Shown in pieces: positions 9,348-16,409 of a DNA stretch of 28,086 nt. The DNA is from a virus. Taxonomy: Duplodnaviria > Caudoviricetes. Both the position numbers and the translations under genes were made by a program. The notes below the pieces were generated by a model, which worked only from the letters and a program-made list of their open reading frames with translations, did not search any database and was not told the origin of the DNA. Every line of letters starts with the position of its first letter. Position 1 is the first letter of the stretch. The stretch covers positions 1 through 28,086 of IMG/VR virus record IMGVR_UViG_3300020042_005495. One strand, given 5' to 3'.

Positions 9348-9911
9348 ATGAACCTAGCTGATTTTGTTAAGTGTTACGACAACGTACTTCCACCAGACTA
9401 CTGTGACTTCTTCATTAAGTTCTTTGAGGAAAACAAGGATGTTGCTGAAAGATTTGATAATGATGGAGCTCCCAACTTCTCAAAGCTTGATTTTACGGGC
9501 ATATCTGATGAAGAACTTTTCAATAACATCAACAAGTCAGTTGCGTTCATGTTTCACAACCATGCACAGAAGTATGCAACTGAGGTTGGCCTCCATGAAT
9601 TCTTTCCAAAAGATTACTCATTTGAATTAATTAGACTCAAGAAGTATGAGGTCAATGATCATGATGAGTTTAAACTTCACGTCGACATTGGCGACAAAGC
9701 CAGCAGCTCAAGATTCCTAAACCTATTTTGTTATCTCAATGACGTAGAAGAAGGTGGGGAGACTACTTTCCCTAACCTTGGACTATCGTTCAAACCTAAG
9801 AAGGGCTCCCTTCTCATATTTCCCCCCAACTGGTTCTTCCCGCACACAGGTGAAAAACCGTTATCAAATTCAAAATACCTTTTAGCCACAAATCTCCATT
9901 ACGCTGCGTAA
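9348..9911 (+). CDS. 2OG-Fe(II) oxygenase (prolyl-4-hydroxylase-like)
   Basis: F..H-V-D, R.L....YLNDVEEGGET.F, PKKG..LIFP..W..P-H, KY motifs. Confidence 0.9.
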   Translation: MNLADFVKCYDNVLPPDYCDFFIKFFEENKDVAERFDNDGAPNFSKLDFTGISDEELFNNINKSVAFMFHNHAQKYATEVGLHEFFPKDYSFELIRLKKYEVNDHDEFKLHVDIGDKASSSRFLNLFCYLNDVEEGGETTFPNLGLSFKPKKGSLLIFPPNWFFPHTGEKPLSNSKYLLATNLHYAA

Positions 9912-9920
9912 AATAATTTG

Positions 9921-9949
9921 TTGACTTATTTTTGAACAAAAGTTATAGT
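9921..9949 (+). promoter_or_regulatory. sigma70-type (early) promoter TTGACT-N17-TATAGT
   Basis: -35 9921-9926, -10 9944-9949; 17-nt block TGTTGACTTATTTTTGA is identical to the one at 15376. Confidence 0.8.
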
Positions 9950-9976
9950 GGTATCTCTTTTGAAATGGAGGACACT

Positions 9977-10165
9977 ATGACATTGAACGAAATCATCAAC
10001 GAAATTCACACCCCACTCATGGCTGATCGTAATACCATTGACGAAGCATTCGAGTATGCTTTGATGGTTGCAAAGGCATCCGATCACCCTATGGCCGTTA
10101 TGACTGCCGTGTATGTGGTTACTAATACTATCGCAAAACATCTCAAGGAGATAGATAATGGCTAA
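9977..10165 (+). CDS. Small hypothetical protein (62 aa)
   Basis: ATG 9977 after SD GGAGGA; the listed 9932 start lies inside the promoter. Confidence 0.7.
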   Translation: MTLNEIINEIHTPLMADRNTIDEAFEYALMVAKASDHPMAVMTAVYVVTNTIAKHLKEIDNG

Positions 10166-10367
10166 TATGAGCTACTGTATGTTTGAGAATACAATGAACG
10201 ACTTGCATCAGTGTGTGAGAACAATGCAAGAGGCACGTGATCTTGAAGATCTTAATCTTAATGAGTATGAGCAAGAGGGGTTTCGTGCACTTTACAAACT
10301 CAGCAAAGACTACATTGCTCTTTATAAAATGTTAACTGTTAATGATTTTGAGGAAGAAAATGAATAA
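10158..10367 (+). CDS. Small acidic hypothetical protein (MANMSYCMFENT type)
   Basis: SD AAGGAG, overlap with the upstream stop. Confidence 0.75.
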   Translation: MANMSYCMFENTMNDLHQCVRTMQEARDLEDLNLNEYEQEGFRALYKLSKDYIALYKMLTVNDFEEENE

Positions 10368-10542
10368 CGAATCACTTCGTGATAACTTTATCAAGGCTGT
10401 GAACTGCTTCAAGCACAAACCAGCCATGCTACGGCAGACAATAAAAGACGCAGAAATGTATAAAAACGAAGGAAAACTGTCCCAAACTGATGTTACTATC
10501 TTAAAAAGACTTGCTATGACCCACAGTTCATGCGTATTTTGA
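10360..10542 (+). CDS. Small hypothetical protein
   Basis: ATG 10360 after GAGGA, overlapping the upstream stop. Confidence 0.55.
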   Translation: MNNESLRDNFIKAVNCFKHKPAMLRQTIKDAEMYKNEGKLSQTDVTILKRLAMTHSSCVF

Positions 10543-10547
10543 AGGTG

Positions 10548-10576
10548 TTGACCTAATTTTGGTAATGTCTGATAAT
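10548..10576 (+). promoter_or_regulatory. sigma70-type (early) promoter TTGACC-N17-GATAAT
   Basis: TGTTGACCTAATTTTGG resembles the 9919 and 15376 blocks; 17-nt spacer. Confidence 0.7.
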
Positions 10577-10622
10577 GATCAAGCTGTTAAATTAAATGAT
10601 TAATTGATTAGGAGTTTATATT

Positions 10623-10937
10623 ATGGTAACAAAATCTAAAGTGGATCCGGACACTGGTTATACCCCGGAGCAGCAATTGGAGGCTTTCAACAATGTATTC
10701 TCAAAAAAGCCACAGCGCAAACTGGCCCGGAATCCGGATCCAGTAGCGACAGACAAGCCACAGACAAAGTCCGTGGATCTAAAGACTCAGGCAGTAAATC
10801 TGTACGGTCAGGGTCTGAGCGCAAAGGACGTAGCAAAGACTCTTAGCATCACGTATGCTAATGCTTACTACTACAAGCGTTTTGTGAAGAACGAAAAGGC
10901 TGATGCTCGTTTGCAAGAGTCGTTAGCTCGTGTATAA
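10623..10937 (+). CDS. Putative DNA-binding protein with C-terminal helix-turn-helix
   Basis: SD AGGAG; AVNLYGQGLSAKDVAKTLSITYANAYYY fits an HTH pattern. Confidence 0.65.
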   Translation: MVTKSKVDPDTGYTPEQQLEAFNNVFSKKPQRKLARNPDPVATDKPQTKSVDLKTQAVNLYGQGLSAKDVAKTLSITYANAYYYKRFVKNEKADARLQESLARV

Positions 10938-10940
10938 AGC

Positions 10941-10962
10941 GAGGTAGGGGAAACCCTACTTC
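10941..10962 (+). other. GNRA-tetraloop hairpin
   Basis: GAGGTAGGG-GAAA-CCCTACTTC, 9 bp including one G-U; no U-tract. Confidence 0.7.
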
Positions 10963-11120
10963 CTATATTAAAACACATTAGTTGCCCTTATAAGCAATTA
11001 TATTGAGGACTGCGGGATCCTGAACATACAGAGTACCGAGAAAAGCGATAACCAAATTGGAAACGATTTGTAAAGCGTACGGCTGCGTCAGGCTGGTTCA
11101 TTAGTGTGTTTTAATATGGG
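10962..11120 (+). ncRNA. Putative structured ncRNA cassette E1, closed by a 21-bp stem abutting the 5' end of tRNA(CAT)
   Basis: 10962-10982 pairs with 11100-11120 (3 G-U); nested inner stems and a GAAA-capped hairpin at 11053-11070; no ATG-initiated ORF on +. Confidence 0.65.
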
Positions 11121-11194
11121 CCTTAAGCATAAGTGGTATAGGCGCTCGGCTCATAACCGATAGATAGTTGGTTCGAATCCAACAAGGCCCACCA
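11118..11194 (+). tRNA. tRNA with CAT anticodon (Ile2/lysidine-type more likely than Met)
   Basis: GGGCCTT/AAGGCCC acceptor, loop CTCATAA, TTCGAAT T-loop, encoded CCA; A8 and one D-stem mismatch. Confidence 0.85.
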
Positions 11195-11209
11195 ATAACT
11201 GGAGATAAT

Positions 11210-11641
11210 ATGAAATCTTGGACATTGCCTATCAAAGAAAACGAGAACGGTGAAATGTACATCGAGCTCAATGATGAAATCCTCAATGGTAGTGGATTTA
11301 AAATTGGTGATACGTTAAACTGGAAAGATCTTAAAGATGGATCGTACAGCTTAACAAAGGCTGAAGGTGATCTGTACATTGTTGAAGGTATTAGCATGTT
11401 CCACAGTAAGTTTGTGATTCGTGCTAAGGAAGCTGAGCATGCAATGGATGAAGTTGTTATGGATACTGGTGATCTCAAAGAGTTCAGTCAGAATCATGTT
11501 GACTTCAACATCCTTGGTGCTCGTAAGATCACTACTGATGAGTACCTTGAACTATTTGACAAAGATAATTCCTACCTGTCCAGTTGGACGGAGGATCAGA
11601 AGATGGGTTTAATTAATGAGATTGATTATGAAGGTGATTGA
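11210..11641 (+). CDS. Hypothetical protein with N-terminal AbrB/MazE-like domain
   Basis: ATG 11210 after GGAG; G..YIEL..EIL..SG.K.GD.L.W pattern of swapped-hairpin DNA-binding domains. Confidence 0.65.
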   Translation: MKSWTLPIKENENGEMYIELNDEILNGSGFKIGDTLNWKDLKDGSYSLTKAEGDLYIVEGISMFHSKFVIRAKEAEHAMDEVVMDTGDLKEFSQNHVDFNILGARKITTDEYLELFDKDNSYLSSWTEDQKMGLINEIDYEGD

Positions 11642-11786
11642 ACGCTGGTATGAGAAGTTACTAGGCTATGACTGGAACTACAGGCTCCGTAAGCAGTTTA
11701 CCTTGACGGAGTGGATGGTGTTTCTTGTCGTTGGTTTTTTTGCTATATACTTTTTCTTTGACTGGATGATTAACGGAGATCCGTAA
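11628..11786 (+). CDS. Unlisted 52-aa single-pass membrane protein
   Basis: MKVIERWYEKLLGYDWNYRLRKQFTLTEWMVFLVVGFFAIYFFFDWMINGDP; fills the gap exactly with a TAATG overlap into the next gene. Confidence 0.7.
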   Translation: MKVIERWYEKLLGYDWNYRLRKQFTLTEWMVFLVVGFFAIYFFFDWMINGDP

Positions 11787-12451
11787 TGCGCGTACATATT
11801 GGGCCGTACAAGAACTGGGTTGGTCCATTCCAGATTGCTCAAAAGATCTTGTTCTGGATGGATAGGGAAGATGACCGTGTACACAACTTTGGTGAGTGGT
11901 TGGCTGGTAAGGATGATCACTCATGGTTAATGCGATCCTGCCTTTGGGTTGAAAAGTTTAGAAAGCAAAAGATCAGCGTTAGGATTGACAAGCACGATAC
12001 ATGGTCAATGGATCATACTCTTGCTCATATTATATTACCAATGTTGAAACAGCTTCAAGAGACCAAGCACGGATCCCCTCTTGTTGATGATGCAGATGTA
12101 CCGGATGAACTTAAAAGTACTACTGCACCACCTAAAGAAAACGATTGGGACATTGACGGCAACCATTTCAAGCGTTGGGACTGGGTACTTGGTGAAATGA
12201 TATTTGCTTTTGAGTGTGAGTTGAAAGAAGATTGGGATGAAGAGTTCTGGTCAGGTGAATGGGGTGAGACTAAGTGGACTGAAACGAATGATGAACATAC
12301 TGACCCGTTGACTAATAAATCTGAAAAGATGTATACTATGACTAACACAGGAAATCGTACCTGTGATTGGGAAGCGCGTCAGAAAGTTCAGGACCGTATA
12401 TCTAACGGCTTTAGACTCTTTGGCAAATATTATCAAAATTTATGGGATTGA
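11786..12451 (+). CDS. Conserved Trp-rich hypothetical phage protein
   Basis: D.W.MD.TLA.II.PMLKQL, WDWVL.EMI.AF and G..LFGKYY..LWD patterns typical of a phage hypothetical family. Confidence 0.8.
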   Translation: MRVHIGPYKNWVGPFQIAQKILFWMDREDDRVHNFGEWLAGKDDHSWLMRSCLWVEKFRKQKISVRIDKHDTWSMDHTLAHIILPMLKQLQETKHGSPLVDDADVPDELKSTTAPPKENDWDIDGNHFKRWDWVLGEMIFAFECELKEDWDEEFWSGEWGETKWTETNDEHTDPLTNKSEKMYTMTNTGNRTCDWEARQKVQDRISNGFRLFGKYYQNLWD

Positions 12452-12452
12452 C

Positions 12453-12980
12453 ATGAAGAAACTTTATATTGTGGCTGCCATTACTATGGCTTTGACTGGT
12501 TGTGCTTCTGGTCCTAAGATGGTTGACCTTCCTCCATCCAGAGGATCGGTGCCTGAATGGTTTGCTGCTGAACCAGAAAAGAATGGTGATGGTATTGTAG
12601 TAACTGCTACTGATACCTCACGTGATATGCAGTTTGCTATTGACAAAGCGATGATGCAAGGCCGTGTTGAACTAGCTAACCGTATTGGTGTTAAAGTGGA
12701 GTCTCTTGTTCGTGAAAGTGTTAACGAAGAGTCTGGTGGCAAAATGAAGGACATTAATCGTGAGGTGGATCGTGCTTCTAAACAAGTAACTAACCAGATG
12801 CTCTCAATGTACACTCGTGAGAGACTCGTTGTTATGAAAGAAGACGGTGGTTATCGTGCATTCATTATGCTCAAGATATCTGCTGATCAGAGTCAAAAGT
12901 TATTTAATAGCACTAACAAGAGTGGCAAGAGTAGAGAGCAACAACTTAAAGAACTTGATGATGCTATTTCACGTCAATGA
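12453..12980 (+). CDS. Lipoprotein (LPP20-like)
   Basis: ATG 12453; MKK + hydrophobic core + lipobox LTGC; P.WF and A..KA....R..LA motifs. Confidence 0.75.
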   Translation: MKKLYIVAAITMALTGCASGPKMVDLPPSRGSVPEWFAAEPEKNGDGIVVTATDTSRDMQFAIDKAMMQGRVELANRIGVKVESLVRESVNEESGGKMKDINREVDRASKQVTNQMLSMYTRERLVVMKEDGGYRAFIMLKISADQSQKLFNSTNKSGKSREQQLKELDDAISRQ

Positions 12981-13540
12981 ATGTAATTGATAATGCGCTG
13001 GGAAAGAATCAATTTGACCACTTGAGTGGTAGCATCCTTTCCCATGCGATGAGTTGGCAATATGCAAAGAACACTGCACTAGATAACGTCACGGAATCGG
13101 GTTTAGATTATAGCTTTGCACATTTGGTTTTTGATTGTGACTATTCTAGTCATCAACCTGAAACTCAGTTGTTTACTGGATGCTATCTGGCTTTACTTAC
13201 TTGTCTTGATAAGCTAGGTCTTGAACTTGATGAGTTATTCAGAATACGTGTTGGGTTGATTACAAATAAAGGTACATCATATCAACACCACATGCATGTT
13301 GATGATTTATTAAGAAATAATTATAGTATTGGTATATTATATGTTACGTCTAATCAAGATTGCCCCACTATTGTCAAAGATGGATTACATTCTATAAATA
13401 TAGATCACAAACAAAATACATTTGCTCTTTTTGACGGAGATAAGTTGCATTGCAGTACGTCACCAACTTTAGAAGCAGCAAGGGTAAACATTAATTATAA
13501 TTTCAGGTTAAAATGTACACACCAAGATGTAATCCTGTAG
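12977..13540 (+). CDS. 2OG-Fe(II) oxygenase-like protein
   Basis: H-V-D, ILYV, FDG...H.S..P...R..IN.N pattern. Confidence 0.7.
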   Translation: MNVIDNALGKNQFDHLSGSILSHAMSWQYAKNTALDNVTESGLDYSFAHLVFDCDYSSHQPETQLFTGCYLALLTCLDKLGLELDELFRIRVGLITNKGTSYQHHMHVDDLLRNNYSIGILYVTSNQDCPTIVKDGLHSINIDHKQNTFALFDGDKLHCSTSPTLEAARVNINYNFRLKCTHQDVIL

Positions 13541-13582
13541 TAAAACATCTTTGTACACCGAAGTATAGGATTTATACTTTCT

Positions 13583-13614
13583 AAGACCCGAGCATAACAA
13601 CTCGGGTTTTTTTT
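13583..13614 (+). terminator. Rho-independent terminator
   Basis: AAGACCCGAG-cataacaa-CTCGGGTTTT running into a T8 tract. Confidence 0.85.
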
Positions 13615-13624
13615 GTTCTTTCTT

Positions 13625-13714
13625 GGAAGCTTGGCCGAGTGGTTTAAGGCACCTGACTTGAAATCAGACGACTCAGTGATGGGTCCGTGAGTTCGAATCT
13701 CACAGTTTCCTCCA
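13625..13714 (+). tRNA. tRNA-Ser(TGA)
   Basis: GGAAGCT/AGTTTCC acceptor, loop CTTGAAA, long variable arm, TTCGAAT, encoded CCA (discriminator T). Confidence 0.92.
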
Positions 13715-13796
13715 TATTAAAGCACACTTGAATTAATAATGGCGTCCGGAGCTATGGATTGTTTTACGACAGTCCAGGAGTGTGCTTTAGTATGGA
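13711..13796 (+). ncRNA. Putative structured ncRNA cassette E2, closed by a 19-bp stem overlapping the 3' TCCA of tRNA-Ser
   Basis: TCCATATTAAAGCACACTT pairs with GAGTGTGCTTTAGTATGGA (2 G-U); inner hairpin TGGATTGTT/GACAGTCCA. Confidence 0.65.
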
Positions 13797-13832
13797 AACA
13801 TTGACAGGTATATCTAAATTAAGGAGGAACAA

Positions 13833-13988
13833 ATGTCTGCAGAAAAAATTATAAACAAAGCTTTTGGATCTATACCTAAAGAAGTGTCCATGCACATTGG
13901 AGATAATGCATGGATTCCTACAGTAAGAGGAATTAAATATTATAGTATTCTTTTTATTAGGAAATTACAGCGTATGATTAAATGGTGA
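13833..13988 (+). CDS. Unlisted 51-aa basic protein
   Basis: Strong SD TAAGGAGG; MSAEKIINKAFGSIPKEVSMHIGDNAWIPTVRGIKYYSILFIRKLQRMIKW. Confidence 0.7.
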   Translation: MSAEKIINKAFGSIPKEVSMHIGDNAWIPTVRGIKYYSILFIRKLQRMIKW

Positions 13989-14016
13989 GATCTCACCACC
14001 AACAAAGGAGAATAAA

Positions 14017-14619
14017 ATGGCAAATGTATTTTTAATTAGCGATACCCATTTTGGTCACGCTGGTGTCTGCCATTTCCTTCAAAATAATGGCACTAAGCTT
14101 CGGCCGTGGGATGATCCAAACGAGATGGATGAGGCAATGATTGAAAGATGGAACTCTGTTGTCAAACCAAAGGACAAGGTGTATCATCTTGGAGATGTAG
14201 TAATAAACCGTAAGGCTTTGAAGACACTGTCACGTCTTAATGGTGAGAAGGTTCTTATTAAAGGTAACCATGATATTTTTAAGCTCGAAGATTACACAGA
14301 GCATTTTAGAGATATTCGAGGCTACCATGTCCTCAACGGAATGATTTTGAGTCACATTCCTGTACATGAGGAAAGTATTGCTAGGTTTGGTGTTAACATT
14401 CACGGACACTTGCATAGTAATCGTGTGATGAAAAAGATAAGGGTTGAAGAGCGTGCTCCGGAACCTTTTGACCCTAGACCATACACAGTGGAGAAAGAAG
14501 TTATTGATCCAAGGTACTTTAACGTCAGTGTAGAGCAGATTGATTATACACCAATCTCTTTAGAAGATCTTAAACTTAGAATTGAAGAACAAGGTGGTTT
14601 AACTAACTTTAGAAGTTGA
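14017..14619 (+). CDS. Calcineurin-like metallophosphoesterase
   Basis: SDTHFGH, HLGDV, GNHD, SH.P, HGHLH motifs. Confidence 0.92.
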   Translation: MANVFLISDTHFGHAGVCHFLQNNGTKLRPWDDPNEMDEAMIERWNSVVKPKDKVYHLGDVVINRKALKTLSRLNGEKVLIKGNHDIFKLEDYTEHFRDIRGYHVLNGMILSHIPVHEESIARFGVNIHGHLHSNRVMKKIRVEERAPEPFDPRPYTVEKEVIDPRYFNVSVEQIDYTPISLEDLKLRIEEQGGLTNFRS

Positions 14620-14641
14620 TGTGAAAAAATATGGAGTTTAT

Positions 14642-14887
14642 ATGAGTGGCAAAGGTAGCAAACCAAGACCGTATAGCGTTGATCAGAAAACCTTTGATTC
14701 CAATTGGGATAGCATCTTTAACAGAAAGAAGAAGACTGAAGCAGAGAAGTTTGATGATGCTATAATGAAAAACGAGTACTATGATAAGCTGACCACTGAA
14801 GAAGCTTTGACAGAAATGATAAGAATTAGTGAAGAGATGGGTGCTTACATTAATGAACCTATTGATAATCCACTGATTAGGAAGTAG
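14642..14887 (+). CDS. Hypothetical protein
   Basis: ATG 14642 after GGAG; GKGSKPRP..V....F..NWD.IF N-terminus typical of small phage proteins. Confidence 0.7.
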   Translation: MSGKGSKPRPYSVDQKTFDSNWDSIFNRKKKTEAEKFDDAIMKNEYYDKLTTEEALTEMIRISEEMGAYINEPIDNPLIRK

Positions 14888-14892
14888 GTAGT

Positions 14893-15381
14893 GTGAGGAC
14901 TTTACTTTTTACTTTAATGCTGTTACCATCTATTGCAAGTGCTTGCGATAGTTATGTGATTGGTTTCAAAGGTATCAACAATGTATTCGATGACAATGCG
15001 TTCAGACGGTACGCAATGAAGTATAAGGCATGTTCACTTGCCTATAGTTGGAATCAAGTGCATACTGCTGTTAAGTTCATTAACGGTACAAACAAAAGGT
15101 ATCAACTATACGGATTCAGTAAGGGTGCAGAGAGCGTTGGTCAAGTGTTAAGCGTAGTTAAGCGTAAACCATATCATATTGTAACGATAGGGGCATACCA
15201 CACTGCAAATGTTAACTACAGGGCATACGGAGTATCAGCACAAAACTATTTTGATAGCTCCGGAAGTAGGAATAGATCCCCGGGCACACATATAAGAGGT
15301 GTTGATCACCAGGATATGCAGAGATATGTGAATAGTTACTACTTTGGCATCAGATCCTGCCAGCGGAAGAAAGGGTGTTGA
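14893..15381 (+). CDS. Secreted minimal alpha/beta-hydrolase-like protein
   Basis: Signal-peptide-like N-terminus; nucleophile elbow G-F-S-K-G; candidate Asp and His downstream. Confidence 0.55.
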   Translation: MRTLLFTLMLLPSIASACDSYVIGFKGINNVFDDNAFRRYAMKYKACSLAYSWNQVHTAVKFINGTNKRYQLYGFSKGAESVGQVLSVVKRKPYHIVTIGAYHTANVNYRAYGVSAQNYFDSSGSRNRSPGTHIRGVDHQDMQRYVNSYYFGIRSCQRKKGC

Positions 15382-15406
15382 CTTATTTTTGAGTATTGGA
15401 GATAAT
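15378..15406 (+). promoter_or_regulatory. sigma70-type (early) promoter TTGACT-N17-GATAAT
   Basis: Shares TGTTGACTTATTTTTGA with the 9919 promoter. Confidence 0.75.
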
Positions 15407-15437
15407 ATCTTTGTAAACATTGATAAAGGATACCAGT

Positions 15438-15857
15438 ATGAAATTAGCTGCCGGCAAGTATGTGATTGCAGACCCCTGCTACATTCTTAACGAGGAAGTC
15501 TACTTTAGACTGCTTAAAGAGACCAATTACTTCATGTATGAGGCTGTTGACCGCGGTGGTGTAATGGTTGATAGTAACACAGGTAAGTATTTTGCTGTGT
15601 TCAGTACCAAGTATGGTGATGGCACGTACTGCGATGGTAAAGGGTTCAAGTACGGTGTAGATGCAGGTTGCATTGCATGTATTCCTGCTGAGATGTGCGA
15701 GCTTGGTGAAGACCGTGAATACATCAACGAGGTGGAGTTCCCTAGGGATTTTGAGGTGCGGTACGAAGATGGTCTGATTGTGTATGGTCACGTGATCATC
15801 AATACAGATCCGGATGACTTCTACGAGGAAGAAGATAGCTACGAAGATGTAGCGTAA
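15438..15857 (+). CDS. Acidic hypothetical protein (DPCY / T.YGDG.Y / VDAG.I family)
   Basis: ATG 15438 after AAGGA; first gene after the promoter. Confidence 0.75.
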   Translation: MKLAAGKYVIADPCYILNEEVYFRLLKETNYFMYEAVDRGGVMVDSNTGKYFAVFSTKYGDGTYCDGKGFKYGVDAGCIACIPAEMCELGEDREYINEVEFPRDFEVRYEDGLIVYGHVIINTDPDDFYEEEDSYEDVA

Positions 15858-15863
15858 GAAAAT

Positions 15864-15948
15864 GGGAATGCGGCTAAGTAGGAGAGTGGCGGCTGACTGT
15901 AAATCAGTTCTTTCGGGTGAGTAGGTTCGATTCCTTCCATTCCCACCA
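15864..15948 (+). tRNA. tRNA-Tyr(GTA)
   Basis: GGGAATG/CATTCCC acceptor, loop CTGTAAA, variable arm, TTCGATT, CCA. Confidence 0.9.
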
Positions 15949-15956
15949 AGTTTGTT

Positions 15957-16031
15957 GCACCGTTCGTCTATCGGTTAGGACATTGCCCTTTCACGGCAGT
16001 AAGAGGAGTTCGATTCTCCTACGGTGTGCCA
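15957..16031 (+). tRNA. tRNA-Glu(TTC)
   Basis: GCACCGT/ACGGTGT acceptor, loop CTTTCAC, TTCGATT, GCCA end. Confidence 0.92.
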
Positions 16032-16147
16032 TTTGATATGCTGGTTGTAAGCCATGGGCCGCAAGCCTGAGTAACTATCACGATATCTGGTTATCTCGAG
16101 TAACTCCAGTGAGTCGATAGCAAATAGTGCAGCCAGCATTTCAAATG
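16030..16147 (+). ncRNA. Putative structured ncRNA cassette E3, closed by a 20-position stem overlapping the 3' CA of tRNA-Glu
   Basis: CATTTGATATGCTGGTTGTA pairs with TGCAGCCAGCATTTCAAATG (one U-U, two G-U); inner stems GGGC/GCCT, CTATC/GATAG, CTGG/CCAG. Confidence 0.62.
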
Positions 16148-16169
16148 TATTACTCATTAGAGGGATTAT

Positions 16170-16409
16170 ATGCTAGAAGTATTATTCACATTCTTAGCAT
16201 TGTTTTTTACTGATATATTTTACACATACTATCTAAGGTCTATACAGAATGAGCAGCCACTTGCTTCGAGCATTTGGGCTGTTATTGTATTTGCTGTTGC
16301 CAGTATAGCAGTAATCAACTATACTACTAATCACTGGCTTCTCATTCCTGCTTGCTTAGGTGCTTTCTGTGGTACCTATGTTGGTATGATTATGAGGAAA
16401 AGGAAATAA
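16170..16409 (+). CDS. Small membrane protein (about 3 TM)
   Basis: Three hydrophobic segments, G.F.GTY.G motif, basic C-terminus; SD GAGGG. Confidence 0.75.
   Translation: MLEVLFTFLALFFTDIFYTYYLRSIQNEQPLASSIWAVIVFAVASIAVINYTTNHWLLIPACLGAFCGTYVGMIMRKRK

Noticed and set aside
11032-11044. AGTACCGAGA in E1 resembling the sarcin-ricin loop
   Set aside because: It needs an insertion and lacks the flanking SRL stem; too short to support mimicry.
11168-11209. Listed upstream start of the AbrB-like ORF
   Set aside because: It lies inside tRNA(CAT); ATG 11210 has a proper SD.
13736-13755. E2 interior complementary to the tRNA-Asp 3' end/trailer (9 nt, 16480-16488) and to 15254-15264 (11 nt)
   Set aside because: Matches of 9-11 nt are expected by chance in 28 kb, so they are not evidence of guide or antisense function.
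13801-13829. Perfect TTGACA after E2
   Set aside because: No -10-like hexamer at 16-18 nt; that position is occupied by the SD.
16050-16127. Hammerhead-like layout in E3 (CTGAGTA...stem...CAAA)
   Set aside because: The core deviates at essential positions (CUGANGA and GAAA are not met) and no cleavage-site stem can be drawn.
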